Shown in pieces: positions 1-9,184 of a DNA stretch of 24,000 nt (the stretch's first letter is position 1; the number at the start of each line of letters is the position of its first letter). This DNA is from Streptacidiphilus rugosus AM-16. Its GTDB lineage: Bacteria; Actinomycetota; Actinomycetes; Streptomycetales; Streptomycetaceae. The notes below the pieces were generated by a model. The model searched no databases. It saw only the letters and a program-made list of their open reading frames with translations, and had not been told where the DNA came from. The position numbers and the translations under genes were made by a program. The stretch covers positions 6,751,698 to 6,775,697 of the forward strand of contig NZ_JQMJ01000004.1 of the NCBI RefSeq assembly GCF_000744655.1, read 5' to 3'.

Positions 1-498
1 CAGGTGCGTCTCGTCCCGCATCACGCCCCGGATCACGGCCATCAGCCGTCCGAGCGAGCTCTCCTTCGCGACCCACCCGCCGGCGCCGGCCTGCAGCGCG
101 CGCACGGCGCGATGCGGATCGTCGGCGGTGGCCAGGACGATCACCCGCAGGTCCGGGTGGACCGCCCTGGCCCGCCCGATCAGTGCGATTCCGTCCCCGC
201 CCTGAGCGGTCGGCGGGCGCGGCGGTAAGGCGGGCGCGGCGAGCGGCCGGCGCTGGGCGGGCACATGGGCGGTGACGCCGAGGGTGGAGCCCGCGCCCGG
301 GCCCGCGCCGAGGTCGGCGTCGACGAGCATCACCTGGAACGCCCGCCCCTCGCCTGCGGCGCGCTCCAGCGACCGCTCGGCGGCGGCGGCGCTGCCGGCT
401 GCCGCGACCTCTACGTCAGGCTCCGCGGCGAGCGCGGTGGCCAGCGCCTCGGCGAAGATCCGGTGACCGTCGGCCACCAGCACCCTGATCCGCCCCAC
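1..498 (-). CDS. Response regulator, receiver domain of NarL/FixJ type; partial, the 3' part runs off the left edge
   Basis: Not in the supplied ORF track because no stop lies in the window. My translation of the minus strand in the frame ending at nt 1 is open for 166 codons: VGRIRVLVADGHRIFAEALATALAAEPDVEV...FQVMLVDADL...GDGIALIGRARAVHPDLRVIVLATADDPHRAVRALQAGAGGWVAKESSLGRLMAVIRGVMRDETHL. GTG at 496-498 has GGGGGAG 5 nt upstream. The T (LAT) and K (WVAK) receiver signatures are present. Confidence 0.75.
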   Translation of the reverse strand, partial: MGRIRVLVADGHRIFAEALATALAAEPDVEVAAAGSAAAAERSLERAAGEGRAFQVMLVDADLGAGPGAGSTLGVTAHVPAQRRPLAAPALPPRPPTAQGGDGIALIGRARAVHPDLRVIVLATADDPHRAVRALQAGAGGWVAKESSLGRLMAVIRGVMRDETHL

Positions 499-544
499 GC
501 CCACTCCCCCCAACGCAGCACCACCCCCTACCCAATCCAGCGTA

Positions 545-889
545 GGGGCGCGCCCGCACCTGCGCGGAACAATCACCCGAACGGGGCAGCTCCCCATACG
601 CGGGAAACCAGCCAAGCGCTCAGGAGCGGGGGGAGCGGGGGGTCTTCTGCACGCGAGAAACCAGGCAAGCACCCAGGGGCGCCGGTCTTCTCCACGCGAG
701 AAACCAGGCAGGCGCTCAGGGGCGCGGGAACTGCGCGAGGAACCACCCGGGGCGGACGGCCCTGCGCATTGAGGACCGACCGGTCGCCGGTGGCTTATCG
801 CGCAGTTCCCCGCGCCCCTGGCGTGCTGCAACTTCCCCTCGCAGGAACGTGCCGCGACCGCGCGCCGGAGGCGCGCAGTTCCTCGCGCC
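545..889. repeat. Cluster of GC-rich palindromic intergenic repeats, core about GGCGCG(G/A)GGAACTGCGCG, in both orientations
   Basis: Forward copies lie at 545-590 (degenerate) and 719-765 (GGGGCGCGGGAACTGCGCGAGGAACCACCCGGGGCGGACGGCCCTGC). Reverse copies lie at 799-818 (CGCGCAGTTCCCCGCGCCCC) and 871-889 (GCGCGCAGTTCCTCGCGCC). Segments 719-737 and 799-818 are a near-perfect inverted pair with one 1-nt indel. Confidence 0.8.
598..720. repeat. Tandem direct repeat, about 43-bp period, about 2.5 copies
   Basis: 641-677 GGTCTTCTGCACGCGAGAAACCAGGCAAGCACCCAGG matches 684-720 GGTCTTCTCCACGCGAGAAACCAGGCAGGCGCTCAGG at 33 of 37 positions. A partial third copy, ACGCGGGAAACCAGCCAAGCGCTCAGG, lies at 598-624. 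Confidence 0.85.
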
Positions 890-930
890 AATGGGGTGAG
901 TGCAACCGGCCCTCCGCTGTCGAGCGATGC

Positions 931-2274
931 CTATGCGCCGGAGGCGTCCAGCATCTCGTCGCGGGGGACGACCTTGACGCGTTCGCGGCCCTGCGCCGCG
1001 CCGAGGGCGCGTTCGTGGGCGTCGAGGCGGTACCAGCCCTCGCGGCTGGTGTAGCGGACGCCGCGCTCGCGCAGGAACGCCTCGACCGACTCCGGGGACG
1101 GCGACGTGGGAGCCGCGAGCCGACCGGCCGCGTGGTCGGCGAGGAGGGAGGCGACGGTCTCGTTCGCGTCGCCCTTGGTGTGGCCGATCAGGCCCACCGG
1201 GCCGCGCTTGATCCAGCCCGTCACGTACGTCGACGGCTCCACCCGGCCCGCGTCGTGCGGGACCGTGCCCGAGTCGACGTCGAACGGGAGCTTCGCCAGC
1301 TCCTCGGAGTAGTAGCCGACCGCCCGGTACACCGACTGGACGTCCCAGTCCCTGAACCGGCCGGTTCCGCGGACGTTGCCGGTGCCGTCCAGCTCGGTCC
1401 GCTCCGTGCGCAGGCCCACCACCTTGCCGTCCTCGCCGAGCACCTCCACGGGTGACTCGAAGAAGTGCAGGTAGAGCCGGTGCGGGCGGTCGCCGACATC
1501 ACGGATGGCCCAGTTCTCCAGGGTCGAGGCGACCATGTCGGCCTGCTTGTTGCCGCGCCGGGTCGCGATCGAGCCCTCGTCGTAGTCGATGTCCTCGGGG
1601 TCGACGACGACCTCGATGTTCGGCGAGTGGTCGAGCTCGCGCAGCTCCATCGGGCTGAACTTGGCCTGCGCGGGTCCGCGGCGGCCGAAGACGTGCACCT
1701 CCAGGGCCTTGTTCTGCCTGAGGCCCTCGTAGACGTTGGCCGGGATCTCGGTGGGCAGCAGCTCGTCCGCCGTCTTGGCCAGCACCCGGGCGACGTCGAG
1801 CGCGACGTTGCCGACGCCGAGGACGGCGACCTTCTCGGCCGTCAGCGGCCAGTCGCGGGGGACGTCGGGGTGGCCGTCGTACCAGAAGACGAAGTCCGCG
1901 GCGCCGTAGGAGCCGTCCAGGTCGATGCCCGGCAGGTCCAGCGCACGGTCGGCGTTGGCGCCGGTCGCGAAGACGACCGCGTCGTAGAACTGGTGCAGCT
2001 CGTCGAGAGAGAGGTCACCGGGGTAGTCGACGTTGCCGAAGAGGCGTATCTGGGGCTTGTCCAGCACCTGGTGCAGGGCGGTGATGATGCCCTTGATCCG
2101 GGGGTGGTCGGGGGCCACGCCGTAGCGGATCAGACCGAAGGGCGCGGGCATCCGCTCGAAGATGTCGATGGACACGCCAGGGTCCTGTGCGGCGTCGGAC
2201 TTGAGCAGCGCGTCGGCGGCGTAGATGCCGGCGGGGCCGGAACCGACGATGGCGACCCGGAGAGGGCGTGTCAT
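931..2274 (-). CDS. fprA: NADPH:ferredoxin (adrenodoxin-type) reductase FprA
   Basis: 447-aa ORF with an ATG start. It has an N-terminal FAD dinucleotide fold (VAIVGSGPAGIYAA), GVAPDHP, an NADP fold (VAVLGVGNVALDVARVL) and GWIKRGPVGLIGHTKGDA. It is colinear with my recollection of mycobacterial FprA. AAGGA lies about 11 nt upstream. Confidence 0.88.
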   Translation of the reverse strand: MTRPLRVAIVGSGPAGIYAADALLKSDAAQDPGVSIDIFERMPAPFGLIRYGVAPDHPRIKGIITALHQVLDKPQIRLFGNVDYPGDLSLDELHQFYDAVVFATGANADRALDLPGIDLDGSYGAADFVFWYDGHPDVPRDWPLTAEKVAVLGVGNVALDVARVLAKTADELLPTEIPANVYEGLRQNKALEVHVFGRRGPAQAKFSPMELRELDHSPNIEVVVDPEDIDYDEGSIATRRGNKQADMVASTLENWAIRDVGDRPHRLYLHFFESPVEVLGEDGKVVGLRTERTELDGTGNVRGTGRFRDWDVQSVYRAVGYYSEELAKLPFDVDSGTVPHDAGRVEPSTYVTGWIKRGPVGLIGHTKGDANETVASLLADHAAGRLAAPTSPSPESVEAFLRERGVRYTSREGWYRLDAHERALGAAQGRERVKVVPRDEMLDASGA

Positions 2275-2395
2275 GGCAGCGGGATCCTTCGGTCGGGCGG
2301 ACGAGCAGGCGTCTGCGCAGCGGGGAGGCGGAGCGCGGGTAAGGCAAGCCTCACCCGCGATCCTTCCGTCACACTAGTGCCTTCGACTTTATGAC

Positions 2396-2416
2396 CCCAT
2401 AAGCATCACTTATGGG
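2396..2416 (-). terminator. Hairpin downstream of galK, a possible gal operon terminator
   Basis: CCCATAAG-catca-CTTATGGG gives a perfect 8-bp stem in an unusually AT-rich patch about 56 nt past the galK stop. There is no clear U-tract, so the function is uncertain. Confidence 0.35.
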
Positions 2417-2471
2417 TTGCTCGGCCGGGGACCGCACCGAAGGCAGCCGCCCGCAGCGGGGTCCGCCCTGC

Positions 2472-3653
2472 TCAGGCCAGTCGTCGCGCCCCCGGCGCGG
2501 GCGTCGCGGTGAAGAAGCTCGGCGCGTTCCAGTCCGGCTGCGCAGCATAAGCCGACTCGATGGCCGCCGTGATCGCGGGCACCCGGTCGGGGACGGTCAG
2601 CACGATCACGCAGCCGCCGAACCCGCCGCCGGTCTGCCGCGCGCCCAGCGCGCCCTGCGCCAGCGCCGTGTCGACCGCCGTGTCGGACTGCGGGCAGGAG
2701 ATGGTGAAGTCGTCCCGCTGCGAGGCGTGGCCGGCCGTCATGATCGGGCCCAGCGCCCGCACGTCTCCTGCGGCGAGCAGCCGCGCGGCCTCCAGCACCC
2801 GGGCGTTCTCGGTGACCACGTGCCGGGTGAGCCGGCGCAGCTCCTCGTCCGGGAGCGAGGCGAGAACCGCCTCCAGTTCCGCGCCGCCCGTCGCCTCCAC
2901 GTCCCGCAGCGCCGGGACTCCGAGCAGCGCCGCCGACTTCTCGCAGCCTGCCCTGCGGTGGCGGTAGGCACCGTCGGCATGGCCGTGTTCGACGTGGGTG
3001 TCGACCACGAGCAGCACCAGTCCGGCCGCCGCCAGGTCCAGCGGAACCTGACGCTGCGCCAGGTCGCGGGTGTCCAGGAAGAGCGCGGCGCCCTCCTCGC
3101 AGCAGAGCGAGGCGGTCTGGTCCATGACCCCCACCGGAGCGCCCACGTAGTCGTTCTCGGCGCGCTGGGCGAGCTTGGCCAGCTGGGGACGCTCGACGCC
3201 GAGGCCGAGCAGTTCGTCGCAGGCCAGCAGGACCGCGCACAGCAGCGCGGCCGAGGAGGAGAGCCCTGCGCCGAACGGCACGTCGCTGTCCAGGTGCAGG
3301 TCGAAGCCGGGCACGGGGTGGCCCGCCTCGCGCAGCACCCACAGCGCGCCGGCCGGATACGCGGCCCAGCCCTCGACGGAGCCGGGCCGCAGCGACTCGA
3401 CCGTGAACCCGACCACCCGACCGTCGCCCTGTGAACTGTGCACGCGGACCAGGCCGTCGTCGCGCCGGGCCACGGCGATCCGCGCCGCGTGCGGCAGCGC
3501 CACGGGGAACACGAAGCCGTCGTTGTAGTCGGTGTGCTCGCCGATCAGGTTGACCCGCCCCGGCGCCTGCCAGACGCCCTCGGGCTCGCGTCCGAAGAGC
3601 GCGGTGAAGTCCTTGGCGACGGCGTCCGCGGTCGGCTCGTGCGGCTCGATCAC
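2472..3653 (-). CDS. galK: Galactokinase
   Basis: Carries the GalK signature GRVNLIGEHTDYNDGFVFP and the GHMP-kinase motif PFGAGLSSSAAL. The track ORF (to 3857) overlaps galE with a low-complexity extension. I place the start at GTG 3651-3653, preceded by AGGAGA (AGGAGAACCAGCAGTG). Confidence 0.92.
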   Translation of the reverse strand: MIEPHEPTADAVAKDFTALFGREPEGVWQAPGRVNLIGEHTDYNDGFVFPVALPHAARIAVARRDDGLVRVHSSQGDGRVVGFTVESLRPGSVEGWAAYPAGALWVLREAGHPVPGFDLHLDSDVPFGAGLSSSAALLCAVLLACDELLGLGVERPQLAKLAQRAENDYVGAPVGVMDQTASLCCEEGAALFLDTRDLAQRQVPLDLAAAGLVLLVVDTHVEHGHADGAYRHRRAGCEKSAALLGVPALRDVEATGGAELEAVLASLPDEELRRLTRHVVTENARVLEAARLLAAGDVRALGPIMTAGHASQRDDFTISCPQSDTAVDTALAQGALGARQTGGGFGGCVIVLTVPDRVPAITAAIESAYAAQPDWNAPSFFTATPAPGARRLA

Positions 3654-3717
3654 TGCTGGTTCTCCTGCTTCTCGGCTGCGGACTCCGCTGCGGCGGGCCG
3701 GTCGGGGCGGGTCGGAC

Positions 3718-3743
3718 GGCTCGGCGACGGGCGTCGCCGAGCC
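3718..3743 (-). other. Perfect 11-bp stem-loop in the galE-galK spacer
   Basis: GGCTCGGCGAC-gggc-GTCGCCGAGCC begins 8 nt after the galE stop codon and lies inside the 97-bp galE-galK gap. Confidence 0.6.
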
Positions 3744-3750
3744 GGGGGAC

Positions 3751-4728
3751 TCAGCCGGCGGCGGGGGCGTCGCCGGTGAGGGAGAGCGCGAACTGCCAGG
3801 CGTCGGCGACGATTCCGTCGAGGTCGGCGCGGCTCGGACGCCAGCCGAGCAGTTCACGGGCGCGATCCGCGGAGGCGACCAGCACGGCAGGGTCTCCCGC
3901 GCGTCGGCCGGCCGTCACGGCGGTGATCTCACGGCCGGTCACGCGACGCACCGCGTCGATGACTTCGCGCACCGAGAAGCCGGCGCCGTTGCCCAGGTTG
4001 CACACCAGGTGCTCGCCGGGGCGGGCGGCGTCGAGGGCGAGCAGGTGCGCCTCGGCCAGGTCCGCGACGTGGATGTAGTCGCGCACGCAGGTGCCGTCCG
4101 GCGTCGGGTAGTCGTCGCCGTAGACGGAGATGTGCGGACGGATGCCCAGCGCGGCCTGGATCACCAGCGGAATCAGGTGCGACTCCGGGTCGTGCCGCTC
4201 ACCCTGCCGGCCGTAGGCCCCGGCGACGTTGAAGTAGCGCAGCGACACCGCGGCCAGGCCGTGGGCCGCCGCCTCGCTGGTGATCATGTGGTCGACGGCG
4301 AGCTTGGTGGCGCCGTACGGGTTGGTCGGCCGGGTCGGGGCGGTCTCCACGATCGGCGTCGACTCGGGCTCCCCGTACACCGCGGCGGTCGAGGAGAAGA
4401 CCAGGCGGCGCACGCCCGCCTTGCGCATGGCGCTCAGCAGCTCCAGCGAACCGGCGACGTTGTTGCGCCAGTACTTCTCCGGATCCACGACCGACTCGCC
4501 GACCTGCGAGCTCGCCGCGAAGTGCAGCACGCCGTCGAAGGAGCCGTCCAGCACCTCGCCCGCGTCCTGGATCCGCCCGCGCACGAACCGCGCCCCGGCG
4601 GGCACGGACTCGCGGAAGCCGGTGGACAGGTCGTCGAGCACCACCACCTCGTGGCCCGCCTCCAGCAGATGGGCCGCGACGACCCCGCCGACGTAACCGG
4701 CGCCACCGGTGACCAGGTACTGACTCAT
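3751..4728 (-). CDS. galE: UDP-glucose 4-epimerase
   Basis: 325 aa with an N-terminal Rossmann motif ([10 protein letters not shown]) and the SDR catalytic YxxxK (PYGATK). The ATG overlaps the galT stop (ATGA at 4725-4728). Confidence 0.92.
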   Translation of the reverse strand: MSQYLVTGGAGYVGGVVAAHLLEAGHEVVVLDDLSTGFRESVPAGARFVRGRIQDAGEVLDGSFDGVLHFAASSQVGESVVDPEKYWRNNVAGSLELLSAMRKAGVRRLVFSSTAAVYGEPESTPIVETAPTRPTNPYGATKLAVDHMITSEAAAHGLAAVSLRYFNVAGAYGRQGERHDPESHLIPLVIQAALGIRPHISVYGDDYPTPDGTCVRDYIHVADLAEAHLLALDAARPGEHLVCNLGNGAGFSVREVIDAVRRVTGREITAVTAGRRAGDPAVLVASADRARELLGWRPSRADLDGIVADAWQFALSLTGDAPAAG

Positions 4729-5855
4729 GGCTTGACCTCCCGCAGGCGTCGCGCGGCGTCCTCGGGCGCGACGTCGTTGATGAACACGTCCATGCCGGAC
4801 TCGGAGCCGGCCAGGAACTTGAGCTTCCCTACCGTACGACGGATGGTGAAGAGCTCCATATGAAGGGCCAGCTCGCTCCCGTTGCCCGGGGTGTGCCTGG
4901 TGGGGGCCTGGTGCCAGGCGGCGATGTACGGCGTGCGGTTGACGGTCCGGCCCGAGGCGCGCAGTTCCTCGGGCGTCTCAGGGGCGAAGAGCAGGTCGAA
5001 GCGGCGCAGGAGGTCGAGGTAGAGGTGGGCGAACTCGGCGCGCTCCGCGTCGTCGAGCGCCCTCAGGTCGCCCACCCTGCGGTGCGGATACAGATGCACT
5101 TCATAGGGCCAGTGCGCGGCGAAGGGCACGAAGGCGGTCCAGTGCTCGCCCTCGACGACCACGCGCTCCCCCGAGCGCCGCTCGGCGTCCAGCTGCTCCT
5201 CGAAGAGGTTGCGCCCGGTGCGGCGGCGGAAGGCGGCCGCCGCGTCGATCATCCGCTCGGTGCGCGGTGTCACGAAGGGGTAGGCGTAGACCTGCCCGTG
5301 CGGGTGGCCGAGGGTGACGCCGATCTCCGCACCGCGGTTCTCGAAGCAGAAGACCTGCTCGACGCCGGGGAGCGCGGAGAGCTCGGCGGTGCGGTCGGTC
5401 CAGGCCTCCAGCACGGTGCCGACCTGCCGGGGGGTGAGGTCCGCGAAGGAGGCGTCGTGGTCGGAGGTGAAGCAGACCACCTCGCACCGCCCGGCGCCGG
5501 GTCGGATCACCTGGGGCGGGGTCGCCGCGACCAGGTCGGGGTGCGGGTGGGGGGCCAGGGAGGGGAAGCGGTTCTCGAAGACGACGACCTCGTAGTCCGG
5601 CTCGGGGATCTCGCTGAGCCGTCCGTCGCGGCTGGGGCAGAGCGGGCACTCGTCCGCGGGCGGGTGATAGGTCCGCCCCTGGCGATGTGCGGCCACCACC
5701 ACCCACTCGTCGAGCACCTGGTCGTAGCGCAGCTCCGACAGGGTCTCACTGTGCGGCAGGGGCCGCCGGTCCTCGGCTGCGCGGACGACGTCGTCGCGGG
5801 AGTCGTAGTAGATCAACTCACGGCCGTCGGCCAGTCGCGTGCTGGTCTTCTTCAC
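4725..5855 (-). CDS. galT: Galactose-1-phosphate uridylyltransferase
   Basis: Has the HIT-family active-site motif [12 protein letters not shown] and a CPLCP zinc motif. The track ORF starts at TTG 5870. GTG at 5853-5855 is preferred because GGAGA lies 8 nt upstream. Confidence 0.9.
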   Translation of the reverse strand: MKKTSTRLADGRELIYYDSRDDVVRAAEDRRPLPHSETLSELRYDQVLDEWVVVAAHRQGRTYHPPADECPLCPSRDGRLSEIPEPDYEVVVFENRFPSLAPHPHPDLVAATPPQVIRPGAGRCEVVCFTSDHDASFADLTPRQVGTVLEAWTDRTAELSALPGVEQVFCFENRGAEIGVTLGHPHGQVYAYPFVTPRTERMIDAAAAFRRRTGRNLFEEQLDAERRSGERVVVEGEHWTAFVPFAAHWPYEVHLYPHRRVGDLRALDDAERAEFAHLYLDLLRRFDLLFAPETPEELRASGRTVNRTPYIAAWHQAPTRHTPGNGSELALHMELFTIRRTVGKLKFLAGSESGMDVFINDVAPEDAARRLREVKP

Positions 5856-5911
5856 TACGGGGATCTCCAAGGTCGGCCTCGCTGACGTTCTCGCTGCTCG
5901 CTCGCTTCAAC

Positions 5912-5940
5912 ATATTCGAACACAATTAAGCAGTAGTCAA
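5912..5940 (-). promoter_or_regulatory. Candidate sigma70-type promoter for galTEK
   Basis: On the minus strand: TTGACT (5935-5940), a 17-nt spacer, then GAATAT (5912-5917). It sits in the only AT-rich patch upstream of galT, about 55 nt from the start codon. The -10 match is weak. Confidence 0.35.
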
Positions 5941-6100
5941 CAGCCCCAGGCAACGTGAGTCCAGCCTGCGAGCAGCAGGCACGGTCAGGGCGGGGGCGAC
6001 GCCGGCGGACTGTTCGGAAGTGTTGGGTTACGGTTGGATTCCCGTCGGTCACACCTCGGTCGGCCAGGCGCGGTGCGGCTCGGCGCGGCGCAGCGCCGGC

Positions 6101-6775
6101 TCAGCGAGGAACGCGGCCGACACGCTCCAGCAGACCGGTCCTGGCCGCGACGGCGGCCGCCTCCAGGCGGGTGCGCGCGCCGAGCTTCACCAGCACGCGC
6201 TGGACGTGGGTCCGGGCGGTGCTGGGCGCGATGCGCATGCCCTCGGCGATCTCCTGGGTGTCCTGGCCCTCCGCGATCCGGGCCAGCACCTCCGCCTCAC
6301 GGCGGGTCAGCAGCCGCAGCAGTTGCTGCGCCTCGTCGTCGGACTCCACGGTGGGACGCAGCAACTGCTCGAAGGCGGCGCGCAGCAGCTCGGGCGCGAC
6401 AGCGGCCTCGCCGGCGCGCACCCGTCCCAGCGCGCGCTCCACGACCTCGATGCGCTCGTCCTGGCGCACGTACCCCGCCGCCCCGGCGGCGAAGGCGGCC
6501 GCGACCCCGCCGAGGTGGTCGACACTGCCCATCACCACGACGGCCACCTCGGGCCGCTCCCGCCGGATCCGGCGCACCACGTCGAAAGCGCCGGGCTCCT
6601 CGGGCCGGGAGACCCCGAGCAGACACGCCTCCGGCCTGCGGTTCACCACCAGATCGGCGGCCACCCCCGTCGGCGTCCCCACCGCGAGCACCCTGTGCCC
6701 GCGCAACTGCAGGGCAGCCGCGAGCGCCTCGGCAAGCAAACGGTGGTCGTCGACGACCACGAGCCGAACCCCCAC
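6101..6775 (-). CDS. LuxR/NarL-family transcriptional regulator with a degenerate (pseudo-)receiver domain; orphan
   Basis: C-terminal LuxR helix-turn-helix: LTRREAEVLARIAEGQDTQEIAEGMRIAPSTARTHVQRVLVKLG. N-terminal receiver-like fold: VRLVVVDDHRLL. Start placed at GTG 6773-6775, with GGAGG 5 nt upstream. The track ORF extends to TTG 6880. Confidence 0.85.
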   Translation of the reverse strand: MGVRLVVVDDHRLLAEALAAALQLRGHRVLAVGTPTGVAADLVVNRRPEACLLGVSRPEEPGAFDVVRRIRRERPEVAVVVMGSVDHLGGVAAAFAAGAAGYVRQDERIEVVERALGRVRAGEAAVAPELLRAAFEQLLRPTVESDDEAQQLLRLLTRREAEVLARIAEGQDTQEIAEGMRIAPSTARTHVQRVLVKLGARTRLEAAAVAARTGLLERVGRVPR

Positions 6776-6900
6776 GGAGTCCTCCGCCCTCCCCTGGCAC
6801 GACGTGTGACGCACCATCACAACGCATTCTGCCCATGGAACGCCATACGACCGTGCTCGTTCGAGGGAACACCCGGCCAAACTCGCGACCTGACGACGAA

Positions 6901-6930
6901 GGCCCGCATCCGTGCTAACGGATACGGGCC
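6901..6930 (-). terminator. Hairpin immediately downstream of tRNA-Thr
   Basis: GGCCCGCATCCG-tgctaa-CGGATACGGGCC gives a 12-bp stem with one mismatch, 10 nt after the tRNA 3' end on the minus strand. Confidence 0.5.
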
Positions 6931-6940
6931 TTCATGTCGG

Positions 6941-7013
6941 AGCCCCCATGCGGAATCGAACCGCAGACCTTCTCCTTACCATGGAGACGCTCTACCGACT
7001 GAGCTATAGGGGC
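6941..7013 (-). tRNA. tRNA-Thr (anticodon GGU)
   Basis: Minus-strand sequence: GCCCCTATAGCTCAGTCGGTAGAGCGTCTCCATGGTAAGGAGAAGGTCTGCGGTTCGATTCCGCATGGGGGCT. It folds as a cloverleaf with a 7-bp acceptor stem (one G-U), D-arm GCTC/GAGC, anticodon stem TCTCC/GGAGA with loop ATGGTAA, and T-arm TGCGG/CCGCA carrying GGTTCGATTCC. It is 73 nt and the CCA is not encoded. Confidence 0.93.
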
Positions 7014-7269
7014 GAACGAGGAAGACCTTACCTGGTCAGAGCCCCGGATGGGAAATCCGCTCCGAGCATGGCCCCGGCACCCTTCCGAACGCGCTTCCGG
7101 ACGGCCCTCCGGTCGCCTCCGGCGCCTGCCCTTCGGCGCCCAGGGCTCCGTCGGTCGCCCCTTCCACGCCCCGGAACGCGGGCCCGGCAGCCGCCAGGAG
7201 CTCTTGCGGGGGCCCTCGGACGCACTTCCCGCCGGTGCGGCCTCACCGCGGACACGGACCCGAACAGCA

Positions 7270-7303
7270 CGGCCCCCGCACGACCGAGGTCGTGCGGGGG
7301 CCG
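7270..7303 (-). terminator. Strong GC hairpin after the ABC-F gene
   Basis: CGGCCCCCGCACGACC-ga-GGTCGTGCGGGGGCCG forms 16 complementary pairs. It lies 14 nt downstream of the ABC-F stop codon (7317-7319) on the minus strand. Confidence 0.7.
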
Positions 7304-7316
7304 TCTGTGCTGTCCG

Positions 7317-9104
<1,788 letters not shown>

Positions 9105-9184
9105 GGGTGCTGCGCTCCTGCGGGGGCTGGGGAAACTACCGCCCCCCAGGGTAGTCGGCCCGGCCGTCGCGCCGTCGTGGCGGC

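Noticed and set aside
598-720. Tandem repeats considered as a possible CRISPR array
   Set aside because: There are only about 2.5 copies. The units abut with essentially no unique spacers, there are no cas genes in the window, and the repeats are contiguous with palindromic REP-like elements.
6901-7013. tRNA-Thr considered as an integration site for a genomic island or prophage
   Set aside because: There is no integrase nearby, no duplicated copy of the tRNA 3' end elsewhere in the window, and both flanks are ordinary core genes with typical composition.
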